Shown here: positions 14,961 through 24,774 of the stretch, in pieces
How positions within the stretch are numbered: position 1 is the stretch's first letter
How the letters are laid out: each line of letters begins with the position of its first letter
From: a virus
Taxonomy: Duplodnaviria; Caudoviricetes
DNA: 38,435 nt
Virus record (IMG/VR): IMGVR_UViG_3300020045_006043
Location: 1 to 38,435 of that record
Direction: 5' to 3' (one strand)
The notes under the pieces: model-generated
What the model saw: only the letters and a program-made list of their open reading frames with translations
What the model was told of the DNA's origin: nothing
The model's database searches: none
Program-made: the position numbers and the translations under genes

Positions 14961-17153
14961 CTATGCCGTTGTGCTGTCTGTTATAAGTCCTAGTGTAGCC
15001 AGTTGTGTTAGCAGGCTAGCTAAACCAGCGTTACCACCCCTCGATCCTGTGATCGTTGGCTTGGCCACCTCTGCGCTACCATAAAAGCCTATGCCAGTCT
15101 CGCCCACGATTATCCGCGATAGCCCGCTTGTGCCGGACCGCAGACGCACAGGGAGATTGCCTCTTGAGCGCACGTCCATATAGGCATTGGTGACGCTATC
15201 AGAACCCGGCAGAATAGTGGCTGTGTTGACGCCACCAAAAAGGTCTAAATGGGTATCGGCGCTAGGGATGTTAATCATCCGCACTTGCCGCAGGCCGTTC
15301 ATGTAGAAGTCGTGCCCGCCGGTTCCCTTGGTTTTATAATCCAGGCCGATATTGGTATCCGTACCATAGGCTTGCAGGATAGGCGCTCCCAGAGTATCGC
15401 GCCCGAATATCTCCAGCCCATTCACTTTGCGGTCACTGGTTATCCTCAAGCTTGTGACAGCCGATAAAGCCAAACGCTCTGCAAGACTTGTGCGATACCA
15501 TTCATGGTAGTCATCGAGCGTACCAATAGGACCGATACCGATTTTAGGGCCAGTCTCGGTTGCCGCAATATAGCCAATGCCCGCCGCCTGATTGGTGGCA
15601 GTCAGCACGCCCCAATCCTTCATCGGGGCAACAGGGCCGGTCATCACATTACCGGGGGCTAGTGTCGAGGTAGGATCAAACGTCGCGAATACGGACCAGC
15701 CTGTATGACTGGCAGGACCGCACGGCCAAATGTCTTTGTAGGTATTGGTATCGCGGCCACGCAACGAGCCGACCGCCAGAACGCGGTTATTCTGCCCCTC
15801 AAAATAAGCCCGTTCTTTTGCAAACCCGCCGCGTTGCATCATCGTGATGTTGAAAACATTGTTAAATCGGGCGTTATTGGAAGCCCCGCCAAAGAACCAC
15901 ATGTCGTTAATGTTGGTGGGGTTGTCTGCATCCATATCAAGGCCAGCATATTGGCGATGATAGGTGCCCGCTTCAGTGGTGGCATATGGACCAGCAGGGG
16001 ATACGCCAGAGATAGGCGACAGGATAATCTCTGTCAGTGATAGCAGTTCGTTAACAGACCAGCGCGACCGCGTGCCGTATGTGGTGGAAGTCAGATAGAA
16101 TTGCGCCCATCCCGGTGCGCAATCGACACCAGCGGCAACCGTAACCTTTAGCTGTGTACCAGCGTTGTAAGGCTCAATCGTGATCGCTGTATCGTTGTTC
16201 GTGCTGCCTTGGTTGAAATTGCAATTGACGAAATAACTTTCCAGCGATTGCTTGGCAGTGGAGCCACGAATAGACAGCGCCGGTCCAGTGGTAGGTGCGC
16301 CGAAGCTGCCGTTAGTGATTTTCAGTTCACCAATGCCCCAGAAGCGCGAAGGCTCGACACCGGCGATTGAAAATACGTTCTGCAAATAGGTGTTGGCGCT
16401 CAAGCCAATATCGAGATTGCGCTGGTTGCCGATGAGCATCAGGTCGCTGCCCATGACGTTCGACACGCCAAGCTGGCTATCAGTGCCGTCTACAGAGAAG
16501 CCCGCAACCGTTTTGTCGCGTATCGTCATGTTATAGAATTGCGCGTAGAACAGCCGACTAGCAGCAGAACCAGTGATGCTTACACCATAATCAGACGTTC
16601 CGCGAAGCTGCAAATCATGGGCACTACCATAATCAAAGCCGGTCCACAAAAGCGATGTATCTTGGAAAACACTGTTAGCGCCATCGCCAAAGATCACTTG
16701 GCCCGCGCCAGTCATTGCTATGTCAACATCGGTCCCCGCGTCGTATAGCCCTGCAGGCACATAGAGGGGCTTTTGGTCGGCATTAGGCAGCGTGGCAGAT
16801 GCCGAAGTCGTCGTCGCCAAAAAGGCTGTAATCGCATCCGTTACGGATGGATTTACAGACCACGACTGCGCCAGAATATAGCTTTGATTGACGTTCGTAG
16901 CATCCAGCGTTGTCTCTAGCGCTTGAATAGCCTCTTTTGCCGTCTGGTTATCAGGAATTGTTACCCCTGAGAATACGCCAAGATCAACAGCGCTGGCGTC
17001 AATACCGATGGCCGTGGCGTTCGCCTTGCCGCCAATGCCGCCGACACCATCAAAGGCAGCATCCGCCGTCGCTTTCAGGTTTGTAAAATTAGCATCCACC
17101 TCGGCATATGTCAGGGGCGAACCTTTAACAGCGCGTAAAACAATGTCCGTCAT
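14961..17153 (-). CDS. Tailspike / receptor-binding protein with beta-helix domain
   Basis: N-terminal anchor LRAVKGSPLTYAEVDANFTNL; LYVPAGLY at the beta-helix start; C-terminal KPTITGSRGGNAGLASLLTQLATLGLITDSTT. Confidence 0.85.
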   Translation of the reverse strand: MTDIVLRAVKGSPLTYAEVDANFTNLKATADAAFDGVGGIGGKANATAIGIDASAVDLGVFSGVTIPDNQTAKEAIQALETTLDATNVNQSYILAQSWSVNPSVTDAITAFLATTTSASATLPNADQKPLYVPAGLYDAGTDVDIAMTGAGQVIFGDGANSVFQDTSLLWTGFDYGSAHDLQLRGTSDYGVSITGSAASRLFYAQFYNMTIRDKTVAGFSVDGTDSQLGVSNVMGSDLMLIGNQRNLDIGLSANTYLQNVFSIAGVEPSRFWGIGELKITNGSFGAPTTGPALSIRGSTAKQSLESYFVNCNFNQGSTNNDTAITIEPYNAGTQLKVTVAAGVDCAPGWAQFYLTSTTYGTRSRWSVNELLSLTEIILSPISGVSPAGPYATTEAGTYHRQYAGLDMDADNPTNINDMWFFGGASNNARFNNVFNITMMQRGGFAKERAYFEGQNNRVLAVGSLRGRDTNTYKDIWPCGPASHTGWSVFATFDPTSTLAPGNVMTGPVAPMKDWGVLTATNQAAGIGYIAATETGPKIGIGPIGTLDDYHEWYRTSLAERLALSAVTSLRITSDRKVNGLEIFGRDTLGAPILQAYGTDTNIGLDYKTKGTGGHDFYMNGLRQVRMINIPSADTHLDLFGGVNTATILPGSDSVTNAYMDVRSRGNLPVRLRSGTSGLSRIIVGETGIGFYGSAEVAKPTITGSRGGNAGLASLLTQLATLGLITDSTTA

Positions 17154-17740
17154 TTACCTTTGGCCCGCCAATGAAACCCGTAGCCAGTCTGGCCGGATTG
17201 TGATTGCTGAAAAAATGCCGTAAACCCTGTCAGGCTTAACGCCGTAAGCTGAACCCACATATCATTGTTGATACTGGCGTTGCCGATGATTGTAAGCTGG
17301 ACATTAACCGTCGCCAAATCCGTAAATGGAATCGGGAATGTACGCGGAATAGCGCCCTCGCCTTGTGTGATCGATACTTGGCCCCATTGCTCTATCAGGC
17401 TGTTTGTCTGGCGCTCATAGTAGCCGTTAGCATTAGATCCATACACAATATCAGACGCACGAATGAAAAACAGGTCATCCCGTGTTGCCGCAGTGCCCAA
17501 TCCCAGCGCCGTACGCGCCGCAGAGGCTGTCGCGCCACCTGTGCCGCCAGAAGTTATAGGAAGTGCCGCAGAGCCATTCAGGAAACCCTCAAGAGTAGGG
17601 TTAAATGTGTTACGCGTGGCCGCCATCAAAGCGCGGATAGCATTGTCCACATTCGCCACAGGCATGCCTGTGTTGACGTTAATTCCGTCAAGTGTTGTGT
17701 TGCTGGCCGGTGTCGTTGACCAATCGAAAACATCCGCCAT
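17150..17740 (-). CDS. Short tail fibre with gp53-like C-terminal domain
   Basis: WSTTPASN virion anchor, GGTG..ASAARTALGLG repeat, NGYY...LIEQWG...FPIPF. Confidence 0.8.
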   Translation of the reverse strand: MADVFDWSTTPASNTTLDGINVNTGMPVANVDNAIRALMAATRNTFNPTLEGFLNGSAALPITSGGTGGATASAARTALGLGTAATRDDLFFIRASDIVYGSNANGYYERQTNSLIEQWGQVSITQGEGAIPRTFPIPFTDLATVNVQLTIIGNASINNDMWVQLTALSLTGFTAFFQQSQSGQTGYGFHWRAKGK

Positions 17741-17777
17741 ATTTTACGCGCCTCTTGAGTTGTGGTATAGTGGCATA

Positions 17778-17969
17778 ATGAGTAGTGAATTGCAACTTAT
17801 TGCTGTGACAATGACAACGGGCGCAATTCGCGAAGCTTGGCTAATTACACGAGGGAAAAGGCGCTCTTTCATGCGTGGTTCTCTTCTTTCTTTAGGGCGT
17901 ATTGCCGGTAAGATAAGGCGTCGATGCCGCACCGATTGCGCCCGCTACAGGCTTCGTTCCCCTAATTAG
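17778..17969 (+). CDS. Candidate opposite-strand moron (63 aa, basic)
   Basis: Extended -10 TGGTATAGT (17763-17771) a few nt before the ATG, so leaderless; lies in the gap between ejection and fibre genes. Confidence 0.35.
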   Translation: MSSELQLIAVTMTTGAIREAWLITRGKRRSFMRGSLLSLGRIAGKIRRRCRTDCARYRLRSPN

Positions 17970-19487
17970 ATCGGCCAATCCCTTAGCCCCTGCTCCCTGC
18001 CTGCCAGTCAATAGCCATTCCGCAGCCTTTCCGCCTGTATTGGTGTATGGCAACATAGCAGCGCCGCCAAGGATTGCAGACGTAGGCTCAACATATCCAG
18101 CACCACCGAGTAGCGCCATTAAACGCCCCGCCGTTCCGCTGTCAGGAACCGATGAAGGCAAAACAGATTGCGCGTCATTGGCAAGCCCCTGCATAAGAGC
18201 CTCACCCTTTGCAGATTGGCCTTTTCGTGTGCTGCTATCCATTACTCTAGATGCTGTACGAAGTTGCCCCGGTGTAAAAACGCCTTCCCCCGCCTTAGAT
18301 GCCGCATTTTGCACCCGCGTAAACTTGGCGAACCCTGTGTTTATATTGCGCAATTGCTTGGCATATTTAGGGTTTTGACGCGCGGCCATTTCTCTAATAC
18401 TGGCTTGTGCCTCGCGCAGTAGCCCAGCCATATCCGTGGCATCAGGATCAGTGCTTGTCCCGTATGTCCGTATACGTTTTCCCAACCGGCTTTCGGCCTT
18501 TTTAAGCGCCTCGCCAGTCATCATGCCGTTTTGGTCAAAGAACTTGCCAATATCGCTTTGAATGATCTTGCCTAGCTGCGCCTCGCGCTCAGGCAACAGC
18601 GTACTGGCCTCTGACGCTATGTTCTTCATATCATCAAGGAATTGCGTGTCTGCCTGTGTTTTAAGGTTTGGCAAAAGGTCATCGTAAGCCTTACCCAACT
18701 GCGCTTCAACAGAAGCCACCGCATCATAACCAACATCCGTGCCTTTGGGCAGGCTTTTGCCTATGCTTTTCAAAGGCTCATTTAGGGCCGCTCGGTTAAA
18801 ATCTTCAACGCTCCGGCGACGGGCTTGCGTGATGAGATCCCCCACGACAGGGATGCTACTGGCCTTATCCTCAAAGCCTTTGACAATGCGACCGGCACGG
18901 CTTCCTGTTGCCCCCATAATCTGCCCCGGCGTCATTCGCACACCTTGCGCCTTAAGCCTCTGAACAACCGGCGCAACCTTAGGGCTAACAGCCCGCGCAA
19001 TACCGCCGATTGCCTTTTGCCCTACCTTGCCCGCTACCGCGCCTAATGCTGCATCTTGCAGTACGCCTGAAACATCGCGCTTATCAGATAGCAAGGCGCC
19101 ACCGATTGCGCCTTGGGTCAAAACTCCACCGGGGATAGGCAGGGTAGCGGCCACATTGCCAACGAAGCGACCAGCGCCAGAGCCGCGTGTTGGGCTTGCT
19201 GCCGCTGACTGGCGCTGCGTAGCCTCACTCTGTCCTACTGTTGCCGGGATACCAAGAGCATTGCCCAGAGACCTTATAGGCTGTGCAATGCCCACTTTCT
19301 CCGCGCCTGTTTCAAGCCATCGCGCCGCATTGTTGAAAGGCTGCATAATACCTTCACCAACGCCTTGAATAAATGACGTCGGCTTACTTTCCTGCGACTT
19401 CCCAACACGCGCCATAAGCTGTGCGCGGGTAGTGCCTTCCGGGACGTTGCGAACGATAGTGCCGTCTGGCAATCTTACATCAGGCAT
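17892..19487 (-). CDS. DNA ejection / internal virion protein (large)
   Basis: MPDVRLPDGT..NVPEGTT start; Ala/Gly-rich helical; VPDSGTAGR motif; position in a podovirus tail module. Confidence 0.75.
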   Translation of the reverse strand: MPDVRLPDGTIVRNVPEGTTRAQLMARVGKSQESKPTSFIQGVGEGIMQPFNNAARWLETGAEKVGIAQPIRSLGNALGIPATVGQSEATQRQSAAASPTRGSGAGRFVGNVAATLPIPGGVLTQGAIGGALLSDKRDVSGVLQDAALGAVAGKVGQKAIGGIARAVSPKVAPVVQRLKAQGVRMTPGQIMGATGSRAGRIVKGFEDKASSIPVVGDLITQARRRSVEDFNRAALNEPLKSIGKSLPKGTDVGYDAVASVEAQLGKAYDDLLPNLKTQADTQFLDDMKNIASEASTLLPEREAQLGKIIQSDIGKFFDQNGMMTGEALKKAESRLGKRIRTYGTSTDPDATDMAGLLREAQASIREMAARQNPKYAKQLRNINTGFAKFTRVQNAASKAGEGVFTPGQLRTASRVMDSSTRKGQSAKGEALMQGLANDAQSVLPSSVPDSGTAGRLMALLGGAGYVEPTSAILGGAAMLPYTNTGGKAAEWLLTGRQGAGAKGLADLIRGTKPVAGAIGAASTPYLTGNTP

Positions 19488-19490
19488 GGA

Positions 19491-20258
19491 TCACTCCGGC
19501 AAGTCGTTAAAGTCGATAACGCGGCTTTGGGAGCGCGGCTGCACCTTGCCCGCCGGTTTCGCGCCCTGCTTTTGCAATTGAGCTTTTTCTGCCGGTGTCG
19601 CCAAACCTAATTTATCAAGCTGCCTCAAAAGCGCGTTGTAATTACCGCCAGCGCCCATAAACCCGCGCTTATATGCGCCTTCATACGCGCCAACGGATTG
19701 CTGGAATGTTTTGTCGGTTTGCTTAACATCAAGGTTGGCAACATTTCTTGCAATCAGGTCAACGTCGCTATTTGACATTGGTGTAAATGGGTTTTTACCG
19801 CCGTTTTGGGCGGTAAGCTTCAATATTTCAGCCAACGCGCCGCCAGCTTTGAGCGTCCCAGCACCCGCCTCAACATCAGCGGCATTGGTGCCGCCCCACC
19901 CCGCCATCGTCGGTGCCATAAACCCTGTGGCGAACAAGCCTTCTTCTGACTTTTTCTTCAACTGTCGCGCCAGAAGGAATTTCTTAGCGGCATCCAGTCG
20001 AACGGATTTAAGCGCCTCCGGTGTTAACTTACCCGGCTCACCCTGTGCAGCGAGATCGCGCTCCGCCTTGATTGTTTTGGCACGCTGTTCGCGGACTTGC
20101 AAAGGCGCAATCGCCGCATCCTGCCCCATTTGCTGCCGCGTGCGCTGGTTGCCAAGCTGCGTGCTTTCGACCTGTGCAGGCAATCGCGGATCAGCGGGGC
20201 TAATCTGCGTGAAGCCCTGATTGCTTTGCTGCGCGTATCGTTCCCAAGGTCCGGCCAT
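19491..20258 (-). CDS. DNA ejection / internal virion protein
   Basis: MAGPWERY start, SNSDVDLI motif, VIDFNDLP end; synteny. Confidence 0.65.
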   Translation of the reverse strand: MAGPWERYAQQSNQGFTQISPADPRLPAQVESTQLGNQRTRQQMGQDAAIAPLQVREQRAKTIKAERDLAAQGEPGKLTPEALKSVRLDAAKKFLLARQLKKKSEEGLFATGFMAPTMAGWGGTNAADVEAGAGTLKAGGALAEILKLTAQNGGKNPFTPMSNSDVDLIARNVANLDVKQTDKTFQQSVGAYEGAYKRGFMGAGGNYNALLRQLDKLGLATPAEKAQLQKQGAKPAGKVQPRSQSRVIDFNDLPE

Positions 20259-21127
20259 TATTGAGCACTCCTCCAGCTATTGGGGTTAGCGGGATCCCCG
20301 CCGACATATTGGAAACCGTCAACCACTTCACCCTGTTTCGGCCCCTGTGGCTGTCCTACAGTACGCGCAACGCGATAAGTGCCCGTTGGGCCTGCAACAG
20401 CAATAGGGTTCTTAATGTCCTGCATCTGCGCAAATTGCGCCTGTTGCTCTGGCGTCATACGGTTCCATGCGGCTAAATCCGTTTCCATAGACGACGGACC
20501 GGGGTTTTGCTGCTTGAATATCTCTTTCGCAACCCAGTCCTTAATAGACTGCCTTCGCTCTTCATCCCGCAAGGCAAGCTGCTGCTGCTGTGCCTTTTGC
20601 TCTTGCACATAGGGCATATATGTCGCCTGCCCACCACCTGCGGTCTGGAGCGCGTCACCAATAATACCGAGAGTGTTCCAGCCCCGGCCACCTTGATCCC
20701 AAGTGCCAAGCTTTTGCGGCTGCACATCGAGAGGCTGCGCCTGCATGACGCCAATATCTTGCGGGTTCTGGATAAGGTCGCTCAAGCCCATTGCCTGTGG
20801 CATTGGCTGCTGTGGCGCTGTAATCATATTCGCTAAACTCACCGGCTCTTTCCTTCCCTTAACCGCAGTATGCCAGTGCGGGCCTGTCGCATGTTTCGAT
20901 GGATTAGAAACCTCATCAATAGCCTCTACAACATTCCAGCCATCGCGCTGCAATCTATCACGAAACTGGTCAAATGTCTGTCCCTCGATAGGCGCAATAT
21001 CCCAAGCATTTCCTGCGATATGGTGCGAACGTGGGTTTGCCCGCCCTAGCGCCGAATTAGGATCGCGCTTGTTGCCGGTTATTCGGACGCCGGGGAACGT
21101 CTGCGCAAGATATTGCCCGAAGTCCAT
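20258..21127 (-). CDS. Ejection protein with N-terminal M15/LAS-like peptidase domain
   Basis: SHHIAGNAWD ... GPHWH Zn-ligand pattern; Gln-rich C-terminal half; ends in GGDPANPNSW. Confidence 0.65.
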   Translation of the reverse strand: MDFGQYLAQTFPGVRITGNKRDPNSALGRANPRSHHIAGNAWDIAPIEGQTFDQFRDRLQRDGWNVVEAIDEVSNPSKHATGPHWHTAVKGRKEPVSLANMITAPQQPMPQAMGLSDLIQNPQDIGVMQAQPLDVQPQKLGTWDQGGRGWNTLGIIGDALQTAGGGQATYMPYVQEQKAQQQQLALRDEERRQSIKDWVAKEIFKQQNPGPSSMETDLAAWNRMTPEQQAQFAQMQDIKNPIAVAGPTGTYRVARTVGQPQGPKQGEVVDGFQYVGGDPANPNSWRSAQ

Positions 21128-21128
21128 C

Positions 21129-21794
21129 TTAGCCTCGGCCCATAGACGCAAACGATGATGCCGCCTGCCCTGCCCCAGCCAAAAGCTGGCGACCTATGCC
21201 GCCAGATGTTGAAGTACCGCCACCAAACAAAGAGCTTAGCCCACCAGCCAGCGCGTTTGTACCAACATATGGCAATTCCGCGCCTGTGCCAGCCGCAGCA
21301 AGCAATGAGGCTAGGCTAGACGTTTGGCCTTGCATTGGAGCCGCCGCCGCGCTTTGCTGATTGGCGCGCTCCTGCGCATAGTTCTGATACAGAACATTAT
21401 TTTGCGCATCGGCAAGATTGCGTGATAAAACGTCCGTGTGCGCTCCCGATCCATATCGCCCCGCCATGCTGAATTGTGAATTAGCCTGATTGGTAACGTC
21501 CCGGCTGGTCTGGTCAAGGATACCCTGCAAGCCCGGATTATTTGACGGGTCAAGATATTTCCCGCCGATCACGTCGCTATAATATTGCTGCGATTGCTCG
21601 GTAGCAGGCTGCCAGCCCTGATAGGTTTCCGTCGCTTGCGGGATTGTGCCTGTAACCGTATTAGTCAGGTTCTGTAGATTGCCCTGATTTTGGTTGAACA
21701 CGTCCTGCACGCTACTTGCAGCGGCCTTCGCATAGGGCTGCGCCCATTTCTGCGCCGAACCGCTTGTAGACTTTGCGCCTCCAGACAACCCCAT
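21129..21794 (-). CDS. DNA ejection (pilot) protein, P22 gp7-like position
   Basis: Q/S/A/G-rich; NSQFSMAGRYGSGAH motif; follows the gp14-like gene. Confidence 0.7.
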   Translation of the reverse strand: MGLSGGAKSTSGSAQKWAQPYAKAAASSVQDVFNQNQGNLQNLTNTVTGTIPQATETYQGWQPATEQSQQYYSDVIGGKYLDPSNNPGLQGILDQTSRDVTNQANSQFSMAGRYGSGAHTDVLSRNLADAQNNVLYQNYAQERANQQSAAAAPMQGQTSSLASLLAAAGTGAELPYVGTNALAGGLSSLFGGGTSTSGGIGRQLLAGAGQAASSFASMGRG

Positions 21795-22163
21795 TTAAAC
21801 TTCCTTCCTCAATTCAGACTGCCAGAACTCGTAATCATAGGGCCGCATTTCTCTCTCCCACCCCTTCCGGCTGGCAATCGTCACGAACAATGCGCCTATA
21901 TCTTTTGCCCATCGTTCGACCTGTTTAATCGTTACACTAATCAGTTGCGTTTTGCTACCTATTGCAGCCATGACATGCACCTCAAAAGCGCCGGTCGGGA
22001 AATGCTTATTCTGTGTCAGAATGCAGGCTGCCTGATCGCCCCAAACCTGTATGCCGCCAGAATTAACCTGTGCGTCCAGCCACTCGATTGTGTGCGTGCG
22101 GGGGTCCAGTATCTCATAGAACCCGTCTCGGTGAAAATTGTACAGGCTATTAGTAGTGGTCAT
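21795..22163 (-). CDS. GNAT-fold virion assembly protein (P22 gp14-like position)
   Basis: VERWAKDIGA.F..IASRKGWER pattern; synteny between nozzle and ejection genes. Confidence 0.65.
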   Translation of the reverse strand: MTTTNSLYNFHRDGFYEILDPRTHTIEWLDAQVNSGGIQVWGDQAACILTQNKHFPTGAFEVHVMAAIGSKTQLISVTIKQVERWAKDIGALFVTIASRKGWEREMRPYDYEFWQSELRKEV

Positions 22164-22347
22164 TCCATGCACTCCCATCCCATGTGCGCACGACGCCCGC
22201 TACGCTATTATAATAGGTGAAACCCGGCATAGGATCAGCGGGGTCAGTCTCCAGCGACATAAACGGATAACCCTGCAGCACTGGATTAACCTGTGTCGAT
22301 ACAATGCGCATCCAGTCGGGCAGAGATGAGAGAAAGGAAGGTATCAT
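22150..22347 (-). CDS. Small tail protein (needle/plug position)
   Basis: DPADPMPGFTYYNS...WDGSAW motif; ATGA overlap with the nozzle gene. Confidence 0.65.
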   Translation of the reverse strand: MIPSFLSSLPDWMRIVSTQVNPVLQGYPFMSLETDPADPMPGFTYYNSVAGVVRTWDGSAWNDHY

Positions 22348-23750
22348 TGCCGCACCCCACTTGCTGCCTGAATAAGTGACGCATCAAGGACATAGGTCCA
22401 TTCTGCGCCTTCCGCGAAGATCAGGCGAGGCTGGATATATCGGCCATGCGTGCGGATGGCTATATCACCATTGGGACGGATGTTCCCGCCGATGGCGTGG
22501 ACAGGTGTATTACCCAAGCGCTTTTGAGCGTCGATGGACAAGGACAACCCACTGGTAGCATCCGTATCAACGCGAACCGAACGGATGCGAATATCACGAC
22601 CGGGAACAGGCTCCATCAGCGCCATCTGGATATTGGCCTCAGCCGTCGTCTGCGCACCAAATGCACCCAACGTGCCATCATTCGCGGCGATCATCAGGAA
22701 AGGATTAGACGCCTGCCATATAGGATCATCGAACGAACCCGGCACCGTCTCAATACCACCCGGATAGAGAGCGCCTATCTGTTCAAGTGTGAGTGATTGT
22801 GTAGCCCCATAAGACACCGCGAAGAAGTCGCCATCAACATCGGTCCAGCGATCCAATTCCCAGTTATAGCACCACAAGCGCCGAGGCATGGCCCACACAA
22901 CCAGCTTTCGGATTGGGTCCACTGACACACTGACTTGCGCTTCAATATCGGCCACCGAATAATGCCGGAAAAACGTCTCATCAACCTTGTTTGCGCCGAT
23001 CATCACAACAGAGCCATCAGACATAGCCATGAAGCCGCGCTGGCTGATAAAATACACCGTACGACCCACCTGCGCGATGCTGTATGCCGATATGCAGCCT
23101 ATGCCTGTACTGATTTTGTCAAACTGGAATATGAAAGGCGTGCCGACATATTGACCCCGCCAAATCTGCTCCCGCTGGAACACCAGAAGATATTCACCAC
23201 CGGCTAGACCCGTGACTTCTCCGCCATCCGGTAAAATCTGTATGTCTGACTGATCTGTGCCAACCGTCCAGCCCTCAGCGTTATTGATAGCGGACCAATA
23301 GACCGTGCTATTAGCGCTATCAACGCCGGAGATGACCACAAAATCCTTGACGGTCGTAATATACAGCCCGTTTGGTGGCGTTCCACCCAATGCGGCAGCC
23401 GTGCCCGCGCTAATGTCATATTTAACAGGCGCGGAACCCTGTACCCCGATGGCAAGGTCGCCAAATTGTGCAAATTGCCAGCGGTTTGTGTAGCTATCAG
23501 CCAAGGCCAGCACCCAAGAGCCGCCAGCGTAGGAATATAACCCCGCGTCTGTGCCAACCAGTAAAGCATTTGTGCCATCAATACCACGAAACGCCTGACC
23601 GCCACGATATGTGGACGGTAAAGCGTCCGTAATGGCTGAATACATTTTTACCGGACCATAGCCTAAAGGCGTGGCAAAAACATTCCGGGCATAAACAAGG
23701 TTTTCATGACCGAACGCTGGTAAATCAGGTGTCCAAGGGCCTAACTTCAT
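22344..23750 (-). CDS. Tail nozzle / hub (P22 gp10-like beta-propeller)
   Basis: GPWTPD start, WQFAQFG, VYWS, IGC, VYFISQRGF; about 470 aa downstream of the adaptor. Confidence 0.8.
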   Translation of the reverse strand: MKLGPWTPDLPAFGHENLVYARNVFATPLGYGPVKMYSAITDALPSTYRGGQAFRGIDGTNALLVGTDAGLYSYAGGSWVLALADSYTNRWQFAQFGDLAIGVQGSAPVKYDISAGTAAALGGTPPNGLYITTVKDFVVISGVDSANSTVYWSAINNAEGWTVGTDQSDIQILPDGGEVTGLAGGEYLLVFQREQIWRGQYVGTPFIFQFDKISTGIGCISAYSIAQVGRTVYFISQRGFMAMSDGSVVMIGANKVDETFFRHYSVADIEAQVSVSVDPIRKLVVWAMPRRLWCYNWELDRWTDVDGDFFAVSYGATQSLTLEQIGALYPGGIETVPGSFDDPIWQASNPFLMIAANDGTLGAFGAQTTAEANIQMALMEPVPGRDIRIRSVRVDTDATSGLSLSIDAQKRLGNTPVHAIGGNIRPNGDIAIRTHGRYIQPRLIFAEGAEWTYVLDASLIQAASGVRQ

Positions 23751-23899
23751 GTAGTCCACACCTGTTGACTATCTGATAGCAACGTCCACTCCTCATCAAG
23801 AACGTAGTCATCCTCGACATAGTAGGACGCGAAATAAGGTCGTTCATTAGGCTGCAGCACCCAATCTTGGGCCAGCACCGATGTTTCCACCCATGGCAT
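23747..23899 (-). CDS. Acidic Trp/Tyr-rich small protein (50 aa; not in ORF track)
   Basis: MPWVETSVLAQDWVLQPNERPYFASYYVEDDYVLDEEWTLLSDSQQVWTT; TGATG and ATGA overlaps fill the gap exactly. Confidence 0.75.
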   Translation of the reverse strand: MPWVETSVLAQDWVLQPNERPYFASYYVEDDYVLDEEWTLLSDSQQVWTT

Positions 23900-24501
23900 C
23901 AGAAATACTCTGCCTGCACAGTGTCAATCAGATTGCCTCGGCGGCGACGGCCATCATAAGCATTAATCTCAGCAATCGTGCCTTCAACCTTTTGGTTGAT
24001 CAGCACTGCACGATCATCATTCCATCCGCGAGATTCAGCCTCCACCAATGCACCGTTTAAGTATAGGTCAGGGTGCTGCTCTAACAGCCAGTTTGAGGGG
24101 TTTGTTGCTGATAGTGGGGTCAATGTCCTCAGATAGGTCATTGTGACCGTGTACGCTGCATCAGGGGCAGGCCCCAAGCGGATCAATCCACCGAAGATAG
24201 AGAAGTTTTCCGGCAATGCAGGCGTTGAACGCGCCCACTTATTGAGAAAATCGTCAGCCGATAGTTGTGGCATCGGGCGATTATCATCAATGCGGATCGA
24301 CATGGAGCCTTTATAGTCGGTCGGCATAGGCAGCGTTGCATCAGCAGGAATAGACGCGGTGCCCTCTGTATCCAGATTGTACAGGCGGCGATTAAAGCTG
24401 GCTTCTGCAAGCTGGATAAACTCAGGGATGTAAGGTTCCAGCGTGTCATCATTCATGCGGTCCATAATGGCCAGCACGAGTGAGTTATAATCTGTAATCA
24501 T
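23899..24501 (-). CDS. Head-tail adaptor protein
   Basis: ITDYNSL, IPEFIQLAE..FNRRL, P.PDAAY, SNWLL..HPDLYL.GAL motifs. Confidence 0.85.
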   Translation of the reverse strand: MITDYNSLVLAIMDRMNDDTLEPYIPEFIQLAEASFNRRLYNLDTEGTASIPADATLPMPTDYKGSMSIRIDDNRPMPQLSADDFLNKWARSTPALPENFSIFGGLIRLGPAPDAAYTVTMTYLRTLTPLSATNPSNWLLEQHPDLYLNGALVEAESRGWNDDRAVLINQKVEGTIAEINAYDGRRRRGNLIDTVQAEYF

Positions 24502-24728
24502 TCCGCGCCCTTTCTAGGACGGCCCCGGCGCTTGGCTGGTTCTTCTATGGTTGGTGCTACTTTAGGCTCGACCTCTTCGGGAGCCTCTTGCACTTCGATG
24601 TGCGTCATCAGATTAAGCGCGGTGTCATCATCATCTACCGTGACAGGCTCATGGCCGATAAACCGGACGCCGTATATGGAGACCTCGCTATGACCGTTGG
24701 TATATTGTCCAATAAATCTAAAGCGCAT
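24498..24728 (-). CDS. Hypothetical protein with basic KRRGRPRK tail
   Basis: GGAGG RBS; usual position after the capsid genes. Confidence 0.75.
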   Translation of the reverse strand: MRFRFIGQYTNGHSEVSIYGVRFIGHEPVTVDDDDTALNLMTHIEVQEAPEEVEPKVAPTIEEPAKRRGRPRKGAE

Positions 24729-24737
24729 AGGGCCTCC

Positions 24738-24767
24738 AAAAGGTTGGGGCCAGCCGAAGCCAGCCCC
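24738..24767 (-). terminator. Terminator after the capsid/decoration genes
   Basis: - strand GGGGCTGGC-TTCG-GCTGGCCCC (cUUCGg loop) then AACCTTTT. Confidence 0.75.
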
Positions 24768-24774
24768 GGTAGTG

